Shown: positions 26,605 to 34,081 of the stretch, in pieces
How the letters are laid out: every line of letters begins with the position of its first letter
How positions within the stretch are numbered: position 1 is the first letter of the stretch
Origin: Gammaproteobacteria bacterium
GTDB lineage: Bacteria; Pseudomonadota; Gammaproteobacteria; Steroidobacterales; Steroidobacteraceae
Assembly: GCA_030044385.1 (NCBI GenBank)
Contig: JASHVV010000122.1
Span: 1-38,352 of the forward strand
DNA: 38,352 nt
Direction: 5' to 3'
The notes under the pieces: model-generated
What the model saw: only the letters and a program-made list of their open reading frames with translations
Database searches by the model: none
What the model was told of the DNA's origin: nothing
Translations under genes and position numbers: made by a program

Positions 26605-26785
26605 TCCGCACTGACCCGAGCGCCAGAACATCGTTCCGCCCGGTTGACCGCGCCTGTTAACGCCAGGAGGCGCCGAGCGGGACGACAAACTCCGCGTCGG
26701 GATGCTCAGGCTCCGGGATCGGCCAGGTTGCGCCCGAGGTTGCGCTGGGGCATCCTAGCGTCCAACTCCTCTCTCCGCCGGGACG

Positions 26786-27294
26786 ATGTCCAATACCTCC
26801 GATTCGGACCTTCTACCGGCTTCCGCAGCGGTTTTCCTCAGCTACGCGTCCGAGGATGCGGCTGCGGCGGAGCGGTTCGCGAGCGCGCTACGGACTGCCG
26901 GTATCGAGGTATGGTTCGACCGCAGCGCATATGGAAGCTCGCGGTCGACCGCTCGCACCTGATGGACGCGGAACATCCTTTCATCGTGCCGGTCGCGATC
27001 GACGGCACCTCGGTCCAGGTCGAGCGCATCCCCGACAAATTTCGCGAGGTGCAGTAGACACGCGCCCCCGAGGGCGCCCTTGAGACGAAGACGCTCCCGG
27101 TTCCTGGAGCAGCATTCGTTCCGACGTATACCTCGGACATCGACTACGCCCTCGAAGCCCTCGAGCTCGACGCGAAACGGGCCGAGGGCATTCCCGATGA
27201 GGCACTCGACGTTCGGGATCTGTCCTACCGTGTGCTCACCTACTGCGTCCAGAACCACGGCGGGGAAAGCAGAACACACCTTCCGTCACATGAG
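26786..27294 (+). pseudogene. Decayed paralogue of the TIR-TM-TPR gene at 34082-36031 (two internal deletions, in-frame stop, 3' truncation)
   Basis: Nucleotide alignment by eye to 34082 onward. The first 145 nt have about 12 mismatches by my hand count. Roughly 118 bp corresponding to 34227-34344 are missing at 26930/26931, which shifts the frame. TGG becomes TAG at 27056-27058. Roughly 600 bp (about 34495-35095) are missing near 27083. Homology stops near 27294, corresponding to about 35340. The upstream ~75 bp (26711-26785) is also homologous to 34008-34081. Confidence 0.88.
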
Positions 27295-27300
27295 CCGACC

Positions 27301-27666
27301 TCAGTGCTCAGCCTCCATGAGCTCGATGCGGTTTCCGAAAGGATCGCGGACGAACGCACGCCGGACCGCCTCGATCAGCTCCGCTTCCGTCGCGTGGAAT
27401 CCCCTTGCGCGGCATCGGCTGAGCAGGCCGTCGAGATCGCTGACGAGGAGTCCGGGATGGGCCTTGGCAGATGGCCGGAAATCCTGCTCGACTCCCAGAT
27501 GAATCTTGACTGCGTCGGTTTCGAACCAGCAGCCGCCCCGGGCCGCGAGCTCCGCCGGTTTGGGTCTTTCGGGAAGCCCCAGCACGTCGCAGTAGAATGC
27601 GCGTGCCCGCTCCTCGCCGCCGCGGGGCATCGCGAGTTGCACGTGATCGAGTCCGATGATGGGCAT
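27301..27666 (-). CDS. VOC (glyoxalase/bleomycin-resistance/dioxygenase) family protein
   Basis: I prefer the start at MPIIGLDHVQLAMPRGGEERARAFYCDVLGL (ATG at 27666), which leaves 28 nt after the RND stop. Length 121 aa. The end ...FVRDPFGNRIELME is typical of the VOC fold. Confidence 0.85.
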   Translation of the reverse strand: MPIIGLDHVQLAMPRGGEERARAFYCDVLGLPERPKPAELAARGGCWFETDAVKIHLGVEQDFRPSAKAHPGLLVSDLDGLLSRCRARGFHATEAELIEAVRRAFVRDPFGNRIELMEAEH

Positions 27667-27694
27667 GGCGTGACGCGAAAAACAACTCAACGAC

Positions 27695-30600
27695 TCACAA
27701 CGACTCCGGTGCGTGCTGCTGGCCGTCATCCGGGGCTTGCTCGGGCTCACCTGCCGGCTGCGCGCGCCGCTCCTTGACCGTCGCCAGGTAGGTATAGATC
27801 ACCGGCACCACGTACAGGGAAAACAGCGCGCCGATCGACAGGCCCGCGGCGATCACCAGGCCCATGTCAAAACGGCTCACCGAGCCCGGGCCGGTGGCGA
27901 GGATCAGGGGGACCGCGCCGAACACCATGGCGCCCGTGGTCATCAGAATCGGCCGCAGGCGGATGCTGGAGGCTTTCTCCACCGCCGCGCGCCGGTCCAG
28001 CCCCTCGGTTTCCTGGATGACGTTGGCGAACTGCACGATCAGGATGCCCTGCTTGGTGATCAGGCCGATGAGCGCGACGATGCCCACTTCCGTGTAGATA
28101 TTGAGCGTCGCGGCGCCGAAGTACATGAACACCAGCGCCCCGGAGATCGCCATCGGCACCGTCACCATCACGATCAGGGGATCGCGGAAGCTCTCGAACT
28201 GCATGGCGAGCAGGAGGTACACCAGAATGATCGCCAGCAGAAAGGTCACGAGGAAGGTGTTGCCCTGCTGGATATACTGGCGCGACTGGCCGGCGTAATC
28301 GTAACCGAAGCCGCTGGGCAGCTTCTGGGCGGATTCGGTCTGCAGATACGAGAGCGCCTGGCCGAGGGTCACGCCGGGCGCCGTCACGCCTTCGACGGTC
28401 GCGGAGTTGAGCTGCTGGAACTGCGGCAGGAATTCCGGCTGCACGCTGGTATGCGTCGAGATGAGAGTCGACAGGGGCAGGAGCCCGCCGCTGCTGTTGT
28501 TGACGTAATAGCGGCCGAGCAGCGCGGGGTCGGCGCGGTACCGGTCCGGCACCTGGGGGATGACCTCGTAGCTGCGGCCGTTGAGGTCGAAGCGGTTCAC
28601 ATAATTGCCGCTGAGCAGCGCGCCCAGGTTCGCGCTGATGTCAGCCATGCTCATCCCCATGGCGCCCGCCATGTTGCGGTCGATGTCCACCTCCACCTGC
28701 GGATTGTCGTACTGCAGATCCTTGGTCATGAACGCAAACAGCCCGCTTTGCATGGCGGTGGCGATGAAACCGTCCGCCACCTGGTTGATCCTGCCGTAGG
28801 AGCTGGTGGAGGTGAGCACGAATTGCACCGGGAAACCGGTGGGCGAGCCCGGCAGGGTGGGCTTCTCGAAGGCCGCGGCCTGCACGCCGGTCACCTGGCT
28901 CAGCTTCGCCTGCACCAGAGGCAGCAGCTGCATCTGGGTGCGCGAGCGCTCGCTCCAATCCGCGAGCTTGACGCCTTCCACGGCGGAGTTGTTGCCGCCG
29001 CCGGTCAGCGAGATGCCGTTGATCTGGAACACCTGCCGGGTCTCGGGGAAGGTGTCGAACATCCGCCGCAGCTGCACCGAATACCTGTTCAGATAGTTGA
29101 GAGTCGCGGTTGCCGGGGCCGTGACGGCCGCCAGGATCAGGCCCTGGTCCTCGATGGGCGCAAGCTCCCCGGGAACGGCGAGAAACATCACCGGAATCGC
29201 GATCAGGACTCCCGCCACGACCACCAGCACGGCGGTACGCGCCGTGAGCACCGCCGACAGGGAGCGGTCATAGGCCTGGCGCAGGCGATTGAACCCCACA
29301 TCGAGCGCGTGGGCGAGGCCCCGCGGCTTGCTGTGCCGCAGCACCTTGGAGGAAAGCATCGGCGAGAAGGTGAGAGCCACGACCGCCGAGATCACCACCG
29401 TGAATACCAGCGTGAAGGCGAATTGAGAGAACAGGCTTCCCGTCAACCCTCCCGTGAGCCCGATGGGCGCAAACACCGCCGCGAGCGTCGTGGCCATCAC
29501 GATGATGGGCGCGGACAGCTCCCGCGCGCTCATGAGCGCCGCCCGCGGCGGCGGCGTGCCCTCCTCGACGTGGCGGTGGATGTTCTCCACCACGATGATG
29601 GCATCGTCCACCACCAGCCCGATGGCCAATACCACCGCGAGCAGCGTGAGCAGGTTGATGGAGTAGCCCATGGCGATCATCAGGACGCCCGCGCCGGTGA
29701 CCGACAGGGGAATCGCCACCGCGGGAATCAGCAACGAGCGCAGCGAGCCCAGGAACAGGAAGATCACCACCACCACCACCGCCAGCGTGATGGCGATGGT
29801 CACCATCACCTCGTGAATGGACTTCTGGATGTACGTGCTGCCGTCGTAGGGGATCGCCGCCTGGATGCCTGGGGGCAGCGAATGCGTCAATTCGGCATAG
29901 GCCTGGTGCACGCCGTCGGCGACGGTCAGGCTGTTGGCGCCGGGCGTGGGGAACACGCCGATGAACACCGCTGGCGTGCCGTTGTAGAACACCGATTGAT
30001 CGTAGTTTTCCGCTCCCAGCGCCACCCGCGCCACGTCCTGCAGCCGCACCAGCGTCCCGCCGCGGTTGGCCACCACCATGCGGCTGAACTGCGCGGGATC
30101 GTCGAGGGAGGTCTCCGCGGTGATGGTCCGGGTGATGTACCGGGATTTGGTCTGCCCCACCGCGCTGACGTAATTGTTGTTGGCCAGGGCCGCCGATACT
30201 TCCGCGGGCGTGAGGTCATAGGCGGCCAGCCTGTTGGGATCCAGCCAGGCGCGCAACACGAAGCTGTTGCCGCTCGGCCCCGTGCCGGCAGGAACGATCT
30301 GCGCCTGGCCGACGCCGGGCTCGCCCTGGATCTTCGGCTGCGCCACCCGCAGCACGTAATCGTTGACCTGCTGCTGGTTGAGGGTCTTGCTGTAGAAGGC
30401 CAGATAGATGAGCGCGGTAGTGTCGCCGACGGTCTCATTGATCACCGGGGGCTGAGTGCCGGTGGGCAGCTGGTTCTGGACCTGCTGCACCTTGGCCAGG
30501 ATCTGCGCCACCGCCGCGTTGGGATCGTAATTGAGCTTCATGTACACCGTGATGGTGGACGTCCCTTCGGCGCTCGAGGAGGTCATGTAATCGATGCCGG

Positions 30601-30823
30601 GGGCCGCGGCGACGGACTGCTCCAGCGGCGAGGTGACGAAACCCTGCACGGTGTTGGGATCCGCGCCCGGATAGGCGGTGGTCACGGTGACCAGCGTGCT
30701 GGTCACCTGCGGATACTCCTCGACGGTCATCCCCATCCAGGCCCGCAGGCCCAGCAGCAGGATCACGAGGTTGAGCGCCGTCGCGAGAACCGGGCGGCGG
30801 ACGAAGATATCGGTGAACCCCAT
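27695..30823 (-). CDS. RND efflux transporter permease subunit (HAE1/AcrB-MdtB-like)
   Basis: 1,042 aa starting MGFTDIFVRRPVLATALNLVILLLGLRAW. It has two large periplasmic loops, 12 predicted TM segments, and motifs GLVVDDAIIVVENIHRH and LITKQGILIVQFAN. Confidence 0.95.
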   Translation of the reverse strand: MGFTDIFVRRPVLATALNLVILLLGLRAWMGMTVEEYPQVTSTLVTVTTAYPGADPNTVQGFVTSPLEQSVAAAPGIDYMTSSSAEGTSTITVYMKLNYDPNAAVAQILAKVQQVQNQLPTGTQPPVINETVGDTTALIYLAFYSKTLNQQQVNDYVLRVAQPKIQGEPGVGQAQIVPAGTGPSGNSFVLRAWLDPNRLAAYDLTPAEVSAALANNNYVSAVGQTKSRYITRTITAETSLDDPAQFSRMVVANRGGTLVRLQDVARVALGAENYDQSVFYNGTPAVFIGVFPTPGANSLTVADGVHQAYAELTHSLPPGIQAAIPYDGSTYIQKSIHEVMVTIAITLAVVVVVIFLFLGSLRSLLIPAVAIPLSVTGAGVLMIAMGYSINLLTLLAVVLAIGLVVDDAIIVVENIHRHVEEGTPPPRAALMSARELSAPIIVMATTLAAVFAPIGLTGGLTGSLFSQFAFTLVFTVVISAVVALTFSPMLSSKVLRHSKPRGLAHALDVGFNRLRQAYDRSLSAVLTARTAVLVVVAGVLIAIPVMFLAVPGELAPIEDQGLILAAVTAPATATLNYLNRYSVQLRRMFDTFPETRQVFQINGISLTGGGNNSAVEGVKLADWSERSRTQMQLLPLVQAKLSQVTGVQAAAFEKPTLPGSPTGFPVQFVLTSTSSYGRINQVADGFIATAMQSGLFAFMTKDLQYDNPQVEVDIDRNMAGAMGMSMADISANLGALLSGNYVNRFDLNGRSYEVIPQVPDRYRADPALLGRYYVNNSSGGLLPLSTLISTHTSVQPEFLPQFQQLNSATVEGVTAPGVTLGQALSYLQTESAQKLPSGFGYDYAGQSRQYIQQGNTFLVTFLLAIILVYLLLAMQFESFRDPLIVMVTVPMAISGALVFMYFGAATLNIYTEVGIVALIGLITKQGILIVQFANVIQETEGLDRRAAVEKASSIRLRPILMTTGAMVFGAVPLILATGPGSVSRFDMGLVIAAGLSIGALFSLYVVPVIYTYLATVKERRAQPAGEPEQAPDDGQQHAPESL

Positions 30824-30836
30824 GCCGCTCTCCGCC

Positions 30837-31946
30837 TCAGCCGCCGGCCGGGACGTCGTGGATCGTCACCGGCATCCCGCTCTGCAGCTTGACCTGTCCG
30901 GCGGTCACCACAGTCTCCCCGGCCTTCAGTCCCGAGATGATCTCGGTCACGCTGCCGCGCGTCGCGCCGGCGCGAACCGGCGTGGCGACGGCGACCGCGA
31001 GCGGCGCTCCGCCCTTCTCAGCCTTGCGCTCGACCACGTACACGTAGTCGCCGAAGGTGTTGTAAGTCATGGCCACGGAGGGCACTACCAGCACGCTGCG
31101 CGGTTTGCCCGCGAGCAGCAGCGCCTCGCCGAACATGCCGGGCCTGAGGAGATTCCCCGGGTTGGGAACGGTGGCGTCCACGGTGACGTTGCGGGTACTG
31201 GGATCCACCTGCGAGCCCAGCGCGACCACTCGGGCGAGAAACTGCTTACCGGGATAGGCGTTGACCGTGATCTGAACCTCCTCGCCCGCGTGCACCAGCG
31301 CGAATTGATCCTGTGGCACCGTGAACTCGACGCGCAGGGGGTCCCAGACATTGAGCGCAGCCACCGGCGTGCCCGGTGTCAGATATTGACCCAAGCTGAC
31401 GTCCCGTACGCCCATCCACCCCGAGAACGGCGCGCTGAGCGCCAGCTTGGCGAGCGTGGCCCTGTCGTTGGCCACGGCCGCATTCGCGCTGGCGTAGGCG
31501 GCCTCGGCGCTGTCGAGGCTCCCCTCGCTGGTGGCGTTCGCCTTGAACAGGCCTTCGGCCCGGCGGTAGTTGATTCGTGCGAGCTTGGCCGAGGCTTCGT
31601 CGCTCTCGAGCTGGGCAAGCTGGTTGGAGTCGTCGATCTGGATCAGGCGCTGGCCCTTGCGCACGTACTCGCCGGATTGAAAGTAGATCCCCGTTACCTG
31701 GCCGGAGAGCTGCGGCGTGAGCTCGATGCCGGATACCGCCACGAGGCTGGCGACGGCATGGATCTCCTGTTGCCAGGTCGTGGTAGTCACCGGCGCCGCG
31801 GCTACGCTCACCGAGAACGCGCCCTGGTGCGCCGAAGCGGCCTGCGCTCTGTGGCCCAGCCACGCTTTGACGCCGAACAGGCAGGCCAGCAGCACGACCA
31901 CCACCACGGTGGTGCGCAGCGGAAGTTTCTTTTCGGACCGGATCAC
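30837..31946 (-). CDS. RND efflux periplasmic adaptor (membrane fusion protein)
   Basis: 369 aa with an N-terminal TM anchor, lipoyl/hairpin motifs (GQVTGIYFQSGEYVRKGQRLIQIDDS, LAKLALSAPFSGWMG), a GTG start and a 4-nt GTGA overlap with the upstream gene. Confidence 0.92.
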   Translation of the reverse strand: MIRSEKKLPLRTTVVVVVLLACLFGVKAWLGHRAQAASAHQGAFSVSVAAAPVTTTTWQQEIHAVASLVAVSGIELTPQLSGQVTGIYFQSGEYVRKGQRLIQIDDSNQLAQLESDEASAKLARINYRRAEGLFKANATSEGSLDSAEAAYASANAAVANDRATLAKLALSAPFSGWMGVRDVSLGQYLTPGTPVAALNVWDPLRVEFTVPQDQFALVHAGEEVQITVNAYPGKQFLARVVALGSQVDPSTRNVTVDATVPNPGNLLRPGMFGEALLLAGKPRSVLVVPSVAMTYNTFGDYVYVVERKAEKGGAPLAVAVATPVRAGATRGSVTEIISGLKAGETVVTAGQVKLQSGMPVTIHDVPAGG

Positions 31947-33439
31947 TTGCTGGACTCCTGTTGGCTGCCGGGGCGCGGGCTTTGGGGGGCTGCAACCTGA
32001 TCGCCGCCGCCCATGGCCATGTACAACGCAGCGGTGTCGGTAAGCTGACGCGCCTCAGCCTGAATGTAGGCGATGCGCGCGGTGTCATACTGCACCTCGC
32101 TCGTCAGCAGACTGAGATAGTCCACCGCACCGCTCCGATACTGAGTACGGACCAGAGCAAATGCCCGGGTGGCGTCCCTCAGGGCATGCTTCTCCGCAGC
32201 GGCCGCAACCGCGTCGTGCTGCAGCGCGCGCAATACGTCCGCTACGTTCCCGAAGGCGTTGAGCACGGTCGAGCGATAGGTGGCGAATACCGCCGCATAG
32301 GCCTGCTCGGCCGCGTGCTGCTGTGCCTTCAGAGTGCCGCCTTCGAACAGCGGCACCACCAACGGCGCCCCCAAGTCCCACACGCGAGCCGCGGGATCAA
32401 ACAGACTGCTGAGGACATTGCTCTGGCCGCCGAAGTCCCCCATGAGCTGCAACGACGGATACATGCGTGCCACCTGCTCGCCCACCACGGCGTTGGCGGC
32501 GCGCAACTGCGCCTCGGCTGCGCGGATGTCGGGCCGCCGGCGCACCAGGGCCGAAGGCAGGCTCACGGGAAGCCGGCTGGGCAACCGCAGCTGCGCCAGC
32601 CGCGGGGTCTCGAAGGTGTGCGCCTCAGCCGGAAATCTCCCCAGATAGACCGCCAACAGATGGCGCGCCTGGTCGCGTGCCTGCTCCAACGTCGGCAGCG
32701 CGGCGCGGCTGCTCTCCAGCTGCACGGCCTGGGTCAGCACCGAGAGCTCCGAATCGGCGCCGAGCGCGTAGCGCTTGCGCGTCAGCTCGAGGAGTTGCGT
32801 CTGATCGCCGATGTCGTTCTGCTCGGCGGCGATCTCCTCGTCCAAAGCCGCGAGGCTCAAGGCGACATTCACCACGTTGCCGGCGAGAGTCAGACGGGCC
32901 GCCTGCAGCTGATCGGCGGCGACGTCAACCTGAGCCTGCTCATTGCGAGAGACCAGGCGGTTCAGGCCGAACACGTCCGGATCGTAGCTGACGGACGCTT
33001 CGCCGGTGTAAAGATTGAACAGTGGCGGCGTGAATACACCGCCGTTGCTCGCGGCCGATTCCTTCAGGCGCTCGGCGCTCAGGCCGAGCGACACCTGCGG
33101 GTAAAAGATGCCCTCCGCGGCCTTCATGTTGTAGCGCGCCTCTTTGAGCGTCGCTTCGGCGGCATCCAGTCCGGGGTTGCGGGCAAGCGCAGTCTCCACC
33201 AACCGGTCCAGCGCCGGGGATCCGAAATCCCGCCACCACCTCGGATTCACCGCGGCGCCATACGCGAGCGTCTGCACCGCGGCGGCGGCCGGCGCCGGGG
33301 AAATCGTCGCAGCAAGGGGAACAGAGGTATAGGTCGTGACCGACGGAGGGACGGGGGCGTGATAGGTCGGTCCCACGGCACACCCGGCGATCATGACCAC
33401 CGCGCCGGCGGTGAGCGCAGTTTGTTTCCAGCACGTCAC
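31943..33439 (-). CDS. Efflux outer-membrane factor lipoprotein (NodT/OprM family)
   Basis: 498 aa with lipobox VMIAGCAV and two repeated TolC-like halves (WWRDFGSPALDRLVETALARNPGL..., RRRPDIRAAEAQLRAANAVVGE). GTG start overlapping the marR stop (GTGA). Confidence 0.92.
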   Translation of the reverse strand: MTCWKQTALTAGAVVMIAGCAVGPTYHAPVPPSVTTYTSVPLAATISPAPAAAAVQTLAYGAAVNPRWWRDFGSPALDRLVETALARNPGLDAAEATLKEARYNMKAAEGIFYPQVSLGLSAERLKESAASNGGVFTPPLFNLYTGEASVSYDPDVFGLNRLVSRNEQAQVDVAADQLQAARLTLAGNVVNVALSLAALDEEIAAEQNDIGDQTQLLELTRKRYALGADSELSVLTQAVQLESSRAALPTLEQARDQARHLLAVYLGRFPAEAHTFETPRLAQLRLPSRLPVSLPSALVRRRPDIRAAEAQLRAANAVVGEQVARMYPSLQLMGDFGGQSNVLSSLFDPAARVWDLGAPLVVPLFEGGTLKAQQHAAEQAYAAVFATYRSTVLNAFGNVADVLRALQHDAVAAAAEKHALRDATRAFALVRTQYRSGAVDYLSLLTSEVQYDTARIAYIQAEARQLTDTAALYMAMGGGDQVAAPQSPRPGSQQESSK

Positions 33440-33909
33440 TTTCCGGCCCTCTCCTCGAATTCGTGCCGGAGCGCTAATAAGGCGCTACGGATTGTTTCCC
33501 GCTCACCGTCACTGAGAGGCGCGACCACTGCTGCGAGCCGCATCACCGTGGCGCGCCGTGCCGCGGAGACCGTCCGGTCACCCCACGCGGTGATCGAGAG
33601 CGCGACCACGCGCCGGTTTCCCGGGGGTATCCTGCGGCTCACGAATCTCTTTCTCACCAACCCACCCACCAGCCGCGAGGTCGCCGGTAGAGACAGCCCA
33701 AGCCAGTCGGAAACCGCCGAAAGGGAGGTACCAGGATGGCCGTGGATGAAGGCCAGAGTGCGAAATTGCGGTACCGACAGATCGCTACCGCGGTGGCGGC
33801 GCATATGCGCGCGGATGAACCGGATCGCAGCGGGAACTGCCTCCAGGATTTCCGCCGCGCAGTCGACCGGGGAGCAGGCGCCTACACTTGCGACGTGCAA
33901 CCTTTGCAT
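33436..33909 (-). CDS. MarR-family transcriptional regulator (first gene of the efflux operon)
   Basis: 157 aa from MQRLHV... (ATG at 33909; the ORF extends to 33996, so the start is uncertain). Winged-helix core LSVPQFRTLAFIHGHPGTSLSAVSDWLGLSLPATSRLVGGLVRKRFVSRR. Confidence 0.82.
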   Translation of the reverse strand: MQRLHVASVGACSPVDCAAEILEAVPAAIRFIRAHMRRHRGSDLSVPQFRTLAFIHGHPGTSLSAVSDWLGLSLPATSRLVGGLVRKRFVSRRIPPGNRRVVALSITAWGDRTVSAARRATVMRLAAVVAPLSDGERETIRSALLALRHEFEERAGK

Positions 33910-34081
33910 GTTGCCATCGTCCGGCAAGACTACGGTGCCGTCAAGCGCGCCGCCGGGATACTCTGGGCGCCATACGAGAACCACTCGCCACCACACTTCC
34001 GGTATCGCTCCGGAGTCGCCAAGTTGCGCCCGAGCTTGCGCTGGGGCATCCTAGCGTCCAACTCCTCTCTCCGCCGGGACG

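Noticed and set aside
26650-26673. Possible terminator hairpin GCGCCT-N12-AGGCGC after the TcA stop
   Set aside because: It has only a 6-bp stem, a 12-nt loop and no U-tract, which is too weak to call.
27713-30892. 1,059-aa ORF on the + strand opposite the RND permease, and likewise 31961-34054 (+, 697 aa) opposite the OMF and marR genes
   Set aside because: These are GC-rich antisense shadow ORFs (Arg/Gly/His/Asp-rich, no TM or domain pattern). The minus-strand genes have unmistakable family signatures.
33897-33914. Inverted repeat GCAAC-N8-GTTGC overlapping the proposed marR start codon, as a MarR operator
   Set aside because: The arms are only 5 bp and the marR start site itself is uncertain. 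It cannot be distinguished from chance.
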